Assembly: GCA_965212375.1 (NCBI GenBank)
Contig: OZ243108.1
Location: 2,436,353-2,500,352 of the forward strand
DNA from: an uncultured Pseudohongiella sp.
Lineage (GTDB): Bacteria > Pseudomonadota > Gammaproteobacteria > Pseudomonadales > Pseudohongiellaceae
DNA: 64,000 bases
Direction: 5' to 3'
Shown here in pieces: positions 46,807 to 54,484 of this stretch. Made by a program: the position numbers and the translations under genes. Every line of letters starts with the position of its first letter. The stretch's first letter is position 1. Under the pieces are notes generated by a model, which made no database searches, had not been told where the DNA came from, and saw only the letters and a list, made by a program, of their open reading frames with translations.

Positions 46807-46958
46807 ACTTAACAACTTAACCAGTGTGTCAGAACACAAAGCCCTGCGGGCTCCGCACGACCGGAGAGATTGATTCAGAATTTGGCTGAGCCGAATTCCT
46901 CACCCTTCGGACCACGCAGAAAGCGCACGGTCTGCGCCGCTGGCGCGGCTTTCGAACT
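46807..46958. repeat. dispersed copy of the tRNA-Arg-3'-end-like structured repeat (its first 21 bp are at 45702-45722, displaced by IS30)
   Basis: Aligns with 50941-51104 along its whole length. It contains GCACGACCGGAGAGATT (46855-46871), 16/17 identical to the 3' end of the tRNA-Arg gene. Confidence 0.85.
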
Positions 46959-47061
46959 CCCAACCAAAATGTGGGTACCCTGCATATTGCTGCAGACTCG
47001 ACAGCAACAACGGCAATCGGGGTGTGCATGGACATACTCACTCGCTGGATAGACAGGAATC

Positions 47062-47964
47062 TTAATCCACCTCGATGCACATCAGATCCTCGGCCACGGT
47101 GACCGGCCCCGTGTAGTATTCAGAGAGGATCGCCAGGTTCTCCGCTAGCTGCTCCGGCTCGGGGTTGGAGATGTGACTGACCACTACCTCACCGACTCCG
47201 GCTGCGGCAGCCATCTGACCCCAGACACTGGGTGTAGCATGCAGTTCCACCATCAATCCCGTGCTGTCTTCGTTGGCGGTCAGGTGAATGACCAGCACGT
47301 CGGCGCCGCTGGCGAAATCGATAAACGTGTCATCTGACCCGTTTTGATCGCTGGCGAAGACGATACTGGAATCGCCATGATCGATGCGATATCCGACGGT
47401 GGGTACATTGCCATGGGGCACGCCAGTACCGGTCACCCGTAATTCCCCGGATTCCCGGACTGCAGTCACCCTGCCGGAATTCACTGACACTTCCACGGCC
47501 CGGTAGTCGAGCCTGTCGCGCAGCACCGCAAACACCCCACCCGCCCCGAACAGATTCCGGGCATAAGCCTCGACACCCGGATAAATCCCTCCGGCCACTG
47601 GACCCGACAGGGTAAAAGTTCCCCCTACAGGCCACAGGATGGCAGGCAGCTCTGCAGAATGATCTGGATGAAAGTGGCTCAGGGCGATCAGGTCGATGTC
47701 ATTCAGATCGGCTCCGGACTGGTGAAACAGGTTCTTGCTGCCACCGCCCGCATCCACGAGGACTCGGCTGCGGCCGTCTACCCACAAGACGTAGGCACTC
47801 GATGCCCGTCCGTCCGAAGCGGCGGGCCCTCCCGACCCCAGGACCTGCAAATGCAGACCGGTGTCCTGGCAGACCCCATAGGCTTTCAGACCGAATGTGC
47901 TGGCTGCGCCCAACAGGACCAGGCCGATAATTGTCTGCTTACAAGGCATAGCATGCCCCTCCAA
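47062..47964 (-). CDS. secreted metallo-beta-lactamase-fold hydrolase
   Basis: 300-aa ORF with a signal peptide and the HxHxDH motif (HFHPDH). Confidence 0.8.
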   Translation of the reverse strand: MEGHAMPCKQTIIGLVLLGAASTFGLKAYGVCQDTGLHLQVLGSGGPAASDGRASSAYVLWVDGRSRVLVDAGGGSKNLFHQSGADLNDIDLIALSHFHPDHSAELPAILWPVGGTFTLSGPVAGGIYPGVEAYARNLFGAGGVFAVLRDRLDYRAVEVSVNSGRVTAVRESGELRVTGTGVPHGNVPTVGYRIDHGDSSIVFASDQNGSDDTFIDFASGADVLVIHLTANEDSTGLMVELHATPSVWGQMAAAAGVGEVVVSHISNPEPEQLAENLAILSEYYTGPVTVAEDLMCIEVD

Positions 47965-48023
47965 TGCGCGGTGGCCGCGACTGTCAGTGCCGCGGACACA
48001 ATCCAGCTACCGGAACTCGCAGC

Positions 48024-49235
48024 CTAGAGCAGCTCGCGCCCAAGGGTGCCACGTGGCACTCGATGTCCCACATCATGAATATAATCCGCGCCAATCGAAT
48101 CCATTGTCGGTGTTCCGCTGCTGCGCATGGCAATCAGCAGTTCGCGATTCAGCAGGTCCAGTACCCGCTCGACCCCGGCCTGGCCGAAGGCACCCAGCCC
48201 CCAACAGTAGGGTCTGCCAATGCCTACCGCATTCGCGCCCAGCGCGAGGGCCTTGTAGATGTCGGTGCCGCGGCGAAAGCCGCCATCGACGACGATGGGC
48301 ACGCGTCCGTCGACCACGCTGACGATCTCCGGCAGACACTCGATGGTCGCTCGCCCCGTATCAGTGGCACGTCCGCCGTGATTCGAGACCCAGACAGCGT
48401 CGGCGCCGTGCTCTACCGCGAGGGCGGCATCCTCCGCGACCTCGATCCCCTTGATGACGATCTTCATGTCGGTCACGTCCCTCATCCGGCCGATCACATC
48501 CCAGGACAACCCCGGATTCATCAGATTGACGCCGCGCATGTTGAGTCCCTCGAAGATCGGCTTCTGCTGGCCACGATGACAGCTCAGGCAATTACGCGAG
48601 TCTTCCCGCATCATTATCGATTGGGTCTCGGTGTTGCGTCCGGCCGGCAAATCAATGGTCAGGCAGACAGCCGTACAGCCGGCGGCCTCGGCGCGCTGCA
48701 GGATGGCGACCGTATAGTCCCAGCGGTCCGTGGGATAGAGTTGGTGCCAGATGGGTGCGCCTCTGGCCTCGGCAACTTGTTCAACCGGGGTGGAGGACTG
48801 CGTGGACAGCACCAGGTGATGGTCCTTGGTGGCAGCCGCCCGGGCTGTGCCCAGCTCCGCCTCGGCGTGATAGGCGCCCTGGCTGCCAACGGGACACAGA
48901 ATAATAGGTGAACTGGCCTGCGTACCCAGGATGTCGACCGTGGTGTCGGACTGACTCACATCCACCAGCCGCCGTGGCTTGATCTGGAAGCGTGTGAACC
49001 CCTCTCGATTGGCGCGCAGGGTCACATCACCATCCACCCCCGTGTTCAGGTAGCCCAAATGAGCCGGGGGAATCTTCGTGCTCGCCACCGCTTCCATCTC
49101 CCAGACGTTGATCACGTCACGGGGGTCGGTGAGGCGCTCGCCGAGCGTTTCTTCGACTTCCTGAGCAAAAGCGGAAAAACTGGTCAATATAGGGCTGGCA
49201 GCCAGAAATTTGAGGAGTTCTCGACGATTATTCAT
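48024..49235 (-). CDS. FMN-dependent alpha-hydroxy-acid dehydrogenase/oxidase family protein with Tat-type signal peptide
   Basis: 403-aa ORF with the N-terminus MNNRRELLKFLAASPILTSFSAFAQE (twin-arginine motif) and the family motif VSNHGGR. Confidence 0.8.
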   Translation of the reverse strand: MNNRRELLKFLAASPILTSFSAFAQEVEETLGERLTDPRDVINVWEMEAVASTKIPPAHLGYLNTGVDGDVTLRANREGFTRFQIKPRRLVDVSQSDTTVDILGTQASSPIILCPVGSQGAYHAEAELGTARAAATKDHHLVLSTQSSTPVEQVAEARGAPIWHQLYPTDRWDYTVAILQRAEAAGCTAVCLTIDLPAGRNTETQSIMMREDSRNCLSCHRGQQKPIFEGLNMRGVNLMNPGLSWDVIGRMRDVTDMKIVIKGIEVAEDAALAVEHGADAVWVSNHGGRATDTGRATIECLPEIVSVVDGRVPIVVDGGFRRGTDIYKALALGANAVGIGRPYCWGLGAFGQAGVERVLDLLNRELLIAMRSSGTPTMDSIGADYIHDVGHRVPRGTLGRELL

Positions 49236-49611
49236 GGGGTTTCCTGATTCGACTTGTGGGGTGACTGGTAGCAGGCACCAGCCAATTAACAGCTAAAAAC
49301 TAGCGTCAAGACCTGGCAATGTCCAGTGCAGTTGATCAGAGGAGCTATCCGGAGCCAGGTTCAAAGGGGTCGGTTTCATAAGGGGTCGGTTTCATAAGGG
49401 GCAGAGTGACTTGATCGGCACTTCGTTCCCGTTGATCCTCTGGTCAGCATACTCAAAAAGAGTTGACTGACTGACCGTAAGGAACACACTACCTTCATAC
49501 AATGTATTGTCACCGTTGAAGCCTCCACAGAGGCTGCCGGCACCTCCCGTTTCCAGGCGTGCCTGACGTGGCTGTACCTCATCAAGCAGGATTTGAAGAG
49601 AGAGACTGAAA

Positions 49612-50166
49612 TTGCCAAGGATTTGCGTGTTTGCCGGCTCCAGCAGCGGCAATAAGACTGCCTACCTGGACGTGGCGCAGGACTTGGGCCGGATACTGTC
49701 CGAGCACGGCTTCGGCGTCGTCTACGGCGGCGCCTCCATAGGCCTGATGGGGGCCATGGCCGATGCGGCTCTGACCGGCGGCGGCGAGGTGATCGGCGTC
49801 ATACCCCACTCCATCGCGGAAAGAGAACTGGCCCACAGCGGATTGACAGAACTGCATCTAGTCGCCTCCATGCACGAACGCAAGGCGATGATGGCAGAAT
49901 TGGCGGATGCCTTCATTGCCCTGCCGGGCGGTATCGGCACCCTGGAGGAAACCTTCGAGATCTGGACCTGGCGTCAGCTGGGAATTCACAGTAAGCCCAT
50001 CGGCATTCTCAACGCCCAGGGCTTCTATGACAGCCTGCTGAGCTTTCTTGATCAACTCGTGGAGGCAGAATTTGTCAGGCCAGCCAATCGCGAGGACCTG
50101 CTGGTCGAAACCACCGCCGAAGCTTTGATCAACGGGATTCTGACCTCTCTGCCTGGCTCTGACTGA
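49612..50166 (+). CDS. LOG family protein (TIGR00730 Rossmann fold, cytokinin riboside 5'-monophosphate phosphoribohydrolase-like)
   Basis: 184-aa ORF with the GGxxxGLMG and PGGxGTxEE motifs (ALPGGIGTLEE). Confidence 0.85.
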   Translation: MPRICVFAGSSSGNKTAYLDVAQDLGRILSEHGFGVVYGGASIGLMGAMADAALTGGGEVIGVIPHSIAERELAHSGLTELHLVASMHERKAMMAELADAFIALPGGIGTLEETFEIWTWRQLGIHSKPIGILNAQGFYDSLLSFLDQLVEAEFVRPANREDLLVETTAEALINGILTSLPGSD

Positions 50167-50358
50167 CGGCTTGCAAGCTACGAAGGCTATTACGAATACG
50201 CATGCATACTTCCCTGCAGCCAGGTGAATTCTTACAAGCAACATGCATGGTGATATTTGGGCCTGGTTGCCGATATTCGGCGGAACAGCTGAATGGCATC
50301 AAAACGGTGGACCCAAAGGGGTCAGGTCAACACTGACCTACTGCATGTTGTCACTAAT

Positions 50359-50784
50359 CTAGGCAGCCAGTTTAGTCAGTACTTCTGCAAGGTCCCGTAG
50401 ATTGAAGGGCTTTGTTAAATGACCGACCACTTTCAGTTGTAAGCCGACTCCCTGGAGCCGGGCCAGTTCCCTCTTACGCCGGGATTTCCCGCTAATAATG
50501 ATAATCCTTGCATCACAGCCATTTTCTGCAAGCAATTCAAGAAAGGCTAACCCCTCATCACCGTAACGCGAAGGCTCATCACCTTCAGCTGCGCTGAAAC
50601 CCAGGTCCAGGGTAATGACTGTCGGTTTGAACACGATTGCTGCCAACTCGGCGCCGTCCAAATCGCTGACCTGCATAATTTCGTAGCCGGCCTGCTTACC
50701 TGCTTCCTCTATAACCAGGGCCTCTACAGGCCCATCCTCGATTACGAGCAGCCTGGGGGCCTCATCCAGTGAAATATCGATCAT
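50359..50784 (-). CDS. stand-alone response-regulator receiver domain protein
   Basis: ATG at 50784 inside track ORF 50359..50817. Receiver motifs present (LLVIEDGP, VITLDLG, IIISG, LTKPF). Confidence 0.7.
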   Translation of the reverse strand: MIDISLDEAPRLLVIEDGPVEALVIEEAGKQAGYEIMQVSDLDGAELAAIVFKPTVITLDLGFSAAEGDEPSRYGDEGLAFLELLAENGCDARIIIISGKSRRKRELARLQGVGLQLKVVGHLTKPFNLRDLAEVLTKLAA

Positions 50785-50920
50785 TGGTGCTCTCAGTCGG
50801 CAAAGAACAGAAGCCAAAGGTGTTCTTCCGGTCCTGAATCTGGCTTCAGTCTTGTGAATTTAATAATGGTTTGCCAGAAAACTCTTACGGATTTCCTGGC
50901 GCTTTCCTTGAGCATTTTTT

Positions 50921-51520
50921 AGTTGAGGACACTGACAACTTAACAACTTAACAACTTAACAACTTAACCAGTATGTCAGTACAAGGAGCCCTACGGGCTC
51001 TGCACGCCCGGAGAGATTGATTCTGAATTTGGCTGAGCCAAAATCTTTACCTTTCGGGTCGCGCAAGAAGCGTGCGGTCTGCGCCGCTGGCACGGCTTTC
51101 GAACTGAGGAGTTCGAACCAAGTCCGCAAGGACTTACCAAACAAAAAAGGGAGCCTGTGAACATTCTTTCGGATCTGTGCGCGGGATCAGGAAGCCTTCG
51201 GCTTCCTCCGGAGAGAGTGATTCAGATTTTGGCTGAGCCAAAATCTTCACCCTGCGGGCCGCGCGGAAGGCGTGCGGTCTGCGCCGCTGGCGCGGCTTCC
51301 GAACTGAGGAGTTCGAACCAAGTCCGCAAGGACTTACCAAACAAAAAAGGGAGCCTGTGAACATTCTTTCGGATCTGTGCGCGGGATCAGGAAGCCTTCG
51401 GCTTCCTCCGGAGAGAGTGATTCAGATTTTGGCTGAGCCAAAATCTTCACCCTGCGGGCCGCGCGGAAGGCGCGCGGTCTGCGCCGCTGGCGCGGCTTTC
51501 GAACTGAGGAGTTCGAACCA
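50921..51520. repeat. array of three copies of a highly structured repeat with exact 200-bp period, adjacent to tRNA-Arg
   Basis: The cores at 51008-51120, 51208-51320 and 51408-51520 are near-identical. The linkers 51121-51207 and 51321-51407 are identical. The first copy is preceded by (TAACAACT)x4 and carries GCACGCCCGGAGAGATT (51002-51018), identical to tRNA gene positions 51579-51595. Confidence 0.9.
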
Positions 51521-51542
51521 ATTCTCCCCACATACCATCTAT

Positions 51543-51571
51543 AAAAAAGCCCTCACAAGGAGGGCTTTTTT
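51543..51571. terminator. bidirectional Rho-independent terminator
   Basis: Stem GCCCTC/GAGGGC (51549-51554 / 51560-51565) flanked by an A6 run upstream and a T6 run downstream. It lies directly 3' of the tRNA on the minus strand. Confidence 0.75.
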
Positions 51572-51576
51572 ATAGA

Positions 51577-51653
51577 TGGCACGCCCGGAGAGATTCGAAC
51601 TCCCGACCAACTGGTTCGAAGCCAGTTACTCTATCCAGCTGAGCTACGGGCGC
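51577..51653 (-). tRNA. tRNA-Arg (anticodon UCG)
   Basis: The minus strand reads GCGCCCGTAGCTCAGCTGGATAGAGTAACTGGCTTCGAACCAGTTGGTCGGGAGTTCGAATCTCTCCGGGCGTGCCA. It folds as a 77-nt cloverleaf with anticodon loop CTTCGAA, an encoded CCA and a G1-U72 wobble. Confidence 0.9.
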
Positions 51654-52075
51654 GTGATTTGGTACTTTTATGTTGTTGGTGCCTGCGGCACCTCGGAGAC
51701 ATCCGCCTCCGTTTCCCTGCCCGGCCAGCAACCCAAGCAAGGGGCGGAATTATAAAGGCTTACGCGCGAATTTCCTAATTCAGCGGGGAATCTGTTTGGT
51801 CGTAGGTACTGTACAGGGATTAGACAAGTATCCCTTCAAATTATTGGGATCTGTGTCAAAATTCCTACAATTTACTGGTGCTGGCCATTCACTTGGGGGC
51901 GAAGTTCGACTTATTCTATGGTCTTTGTTCGTCCGAATTCATGGAAGGAAGTCGGTAGTGGAGGTGTTGCCGCGCAGGCTTTCGCAGCGCCATTGCCCCC
52001 CACAGGTAGGGATAGTTCCCTGCTGACGGCCTCAAATCAGTGGCTTTCGGCACCCGGAGCCCGGCATTGACCTGC

Positions 52076-54349
52076 ATGAGACAAGTTCGATTGATCTACT
52101 TTTGTAGTGTTATTGCCTGCCTGCAAATTGCAGTCTCAGCATCTGCAGTCCTCGCGGCGGAACAGGAGCAATCAATTGACGCGCTGCTTGTATCTGGCAG
52201 TGGCGGCCTTGCTACCTGGACGCAGAACTACAACGAACAGCTGCGGAGTCTGCTCGGACCGGCGCTGAGCAGCAATGTCACTCCGGAATTCCTCCCCCTG
52301 ATAGATTCCAGTCCTGAAGATCGCGAATTGATTGCTCGCTCGCTGGCGCTCAAGCACAGCAACCGGGAGATAGACCTGGTAATTGCGGTTCTTATCGAAG
52401 CGAATTCCTTCATTCACGAGTACGGCGATTATTTTGCCCCGGATGCAACAGTCTTGCATGTCCTGCCCGGACCAGATATCGCCGAAAGCGCGGGCGATCG
52501 ACCCGATCGTGCAGTCCTGACCAGCGCCATCAACCTGGCCACTGCCAATACTATCGAACTGATCCCGCGATTGTTTCCTGACATGGAGCGAATCTACGTG
52601 GTAGGTGGTGTGGGAGAGGGTGACGCCAGCTACATGAGCCGCTTTCGCGAGGTAGCCGCGAATACGGAGTCGAACCTTGATTTTCAGTATCTGACCGGCT
52701 TGCCGCCGGATGACCTGGTGAATGAGCTCAACAGTGCGCCGGCCAACAGCGGGGTCATCATGACCATCTACGATCTGGACAACACCGGACAACTGCAACA
52801 AACCATGTCCGTGACTCGGCTGATGGTAGATAACATCGATTTACCGGTGTTCGCGATGAACGATACCCAACCACCGGCGGGCGCCACAGGGGGCAATGTC
52901 ACCACCACCGCCGCCTATGCCCGGTCAACCTACGAGCTGATCCAGCGCATCCTGGCCGACGAAATCCCAACCCAGCCAGTCACCGCCGGCACGGAATATA
53001 TGTTTAACGGCCAGCAACTGGATCGTTTCGATGTGAGCCGCAGTCGTTTGCCGGATGACAGCATTGTTATTAATGACCAGCCAAATCTGTGGCGCGACTA
53101 TCCGGGCTGGATCGCTCTGGGACTGGGCATTATTATCGCGCAGCTGGCCCTGATCGGCCTGATGCTGGAAGCCCGGCGTCGCAGCCGGGTAGCCGAAGAA
53201 GCGCTCCGCCATACCCAGAAAATGGAAGCGCTGGGCGATCTTGCCGGCGGGATCGCGCATGACTTCAACAACATCCTGATGGCCATCATGGCCAACGCGG
53301 AGCTGGCCAAAACCACGCTGAACGAGCCCCAAAAAGCCGATTCCCGGCTCAGCAATATTCTCTCCGCCAGCAACCGGGCCAAGGGCCTTATTTCCCAGAT
53401 TCTGTTGTTCAGTCGCCAGGCTGCGACCCAGTCCTTTGAAGAAACCGACCTGTCACCAACGCTTCAGGAGTCCGTTGACCAGATTCGCGCTTTTTTACCT
53501 CGCAGCTGCGAGGTAACCCTGGAATGCGATGCTGAACTTGCCCCGGTGCGCGCGGACACCAACCAGCTGCATCAGGCGTTCATGAATATCTGTATCAATG
53601 CCCAGCACGCCATGAACAATGAAGGGACGATCCACGTGACGGCCCGCAATGTGCAGATCGACTACGAACAGAAAATCTACGGACAGCACCTGCCAGCTGG
53701 CAACTACGTCGCCATTACGGTCAGCGATACCGGCAAGGGCATCGCGGACAAGGACCTGCATCATATATTCGAGCCCTTCTATTCCACCAAGCCCTCCGGC
53801 CGCGGCACCGGCCTGGGTCTTGCGCTGGTGTACCGCATTGTCCGTGCTCACTACGGCTTCATCGATGTGGAAACCAGGCCCGGCGAAGGCACCACGTTTA
53901 CGATTTATCTGACCGCCTCATCCCAACCGATGAGTCAGCTGGCCGGTACCCAGGATACAGATACCAGTGCTGGTCGCGGCCAGCGCATTATGCTGGTGGA
54001 TGACGATGACATGGTGCTGGATGCGACCGAGCGCATCCTGACGCGTAAAGGCTTCAGGGTTGATGCTTTTCGCAGCCCCCTGAAGGCTCTGGAAGCAGCA
54101 AAGAAAAACCCGCGGGCCTGGGATCTGGTGTTTACCGATTTGTCGATGCCGGAGATGGATGGCGTGCGGCTGGTCACCCAGATTCGTCAGTTACGGCCAG
54201 ATGTTCCGGTCATTCTCTATACCGGTTACCTGGATGCGGTTGAGTCCATCGAGATCGAGAATCTGCGTATTCTCAGCAAGCCCAGCCGGGTCGATGAGAT
54301 AGCCAGTGTCGTCAACGAGTGCCTGTCTGTATCCGAAAGCAGTTATTGA
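52076..54349 (+). CDS. hybrid sensor histidine kinase/response regulator with periplasmic ABC-substrate-binding-like sensor domain
   Basis: ATG at 52076 (track start is 52040). The periplasmic domain of about 330 aa is followed by a TM helix, a HisKA H-box (HDFNNIL), an HATPase domain (GxGxG) and a C-terminal receiver (DLSMPEMDG). Confidence 0.85.
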   Translation: MRQVRLIYFCSVIACLQIAVSASAVLAAEQEQSIDALLVSGSGGLATWTQNYNEQLRSLLGPALSSNVTPEFLPLIDSSPEDRELIARSLALKHSNREIDLVIAVLIEANSFIHEYGDYFAPDATVLHVLPGPDIAESAGDRPDRAVLTSAINLATANTIELIPRLFPDMERIYVVGGVGEGDASYMSRFREVAANTESNLDFQYLTGLPPDDLVNELNSAPANSGVIMTIYDLDNTGQLQQTMSVTRLMVDNIDLPVFAMNDTQPPAGATGGNVTTTAAYARSTYELIQRILADEIPTQPVTAGTEYMFNGQQLDRFDVSRSRLPDDSIVINDQPNLWRDYPGWIALGLGIIIAQLALIGLMLEARRRSRVAEEALRHTQKMEALGDLAGGIAHDFNNILMAIMANAELAKTTLNEPQKADSRLSNILSASNRAKGLISQILLFSRQAATQSFEETDLSPTLQESVDQIRAFLPRSCEVTLECDAELAPVRADTNQLHQAFMNICINAQHAMNNEGTIHVTARNVQIDYEQKIYGQHLPAGNYVAITVSDTGKGIADKDLHHIFEPFYSTKPSGRGTGLGLALVYRIVRAHYGFIDVETRPGEGTTFTIYLTASSQPMSQLAGTQDTDTSAGRGQRIMLVDDDDMVLDATERILTRKGFRVDAFRSPLKALEAAKKNPRAWDLVFTDLSMPEMDGVRLVTQIRQLRPDVPVILYTGYLDAVESIEIENLRILSKPSRVDEIASVVNECLSVSESSY

Positions 54350-54484
54350 GCGATCAATCGTCAAGCACCAGGACCGCCGCTCGCAGTTGCGAGCCGATTC
54401 GGTAAACTGGCTCGTCGAATCATGCTACCCTGCCCTGCCTGATGGTCAGCAAACTCCGGCCTTCACTAGCGAACATGACTGGCC

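Noticed and set aside
50921-51520. Possible CRISPR array (regularly spaced repeats)
   Set aside because: The period is 200 bp, the repeated core is about 113 bp, and the intervening linkers are identical to each other rather than unique spacers. No cas genes are present. Likewise, the 94-bp hairpin repeats at 9.7-10.8 kb are separated by ORF-containing segments, not spacers.
51134-51531. Minus- and plus-strand ORFs of 65-76 aa inside the repeat array (and 46829..47080)
   Set aside because: Their near-identical translations simply reflect the DNA repeat. They have no Shine-Dalgarno context, their composition is Arg/Pro-rich, and the conservation pattern fits hairpins rather than codons.
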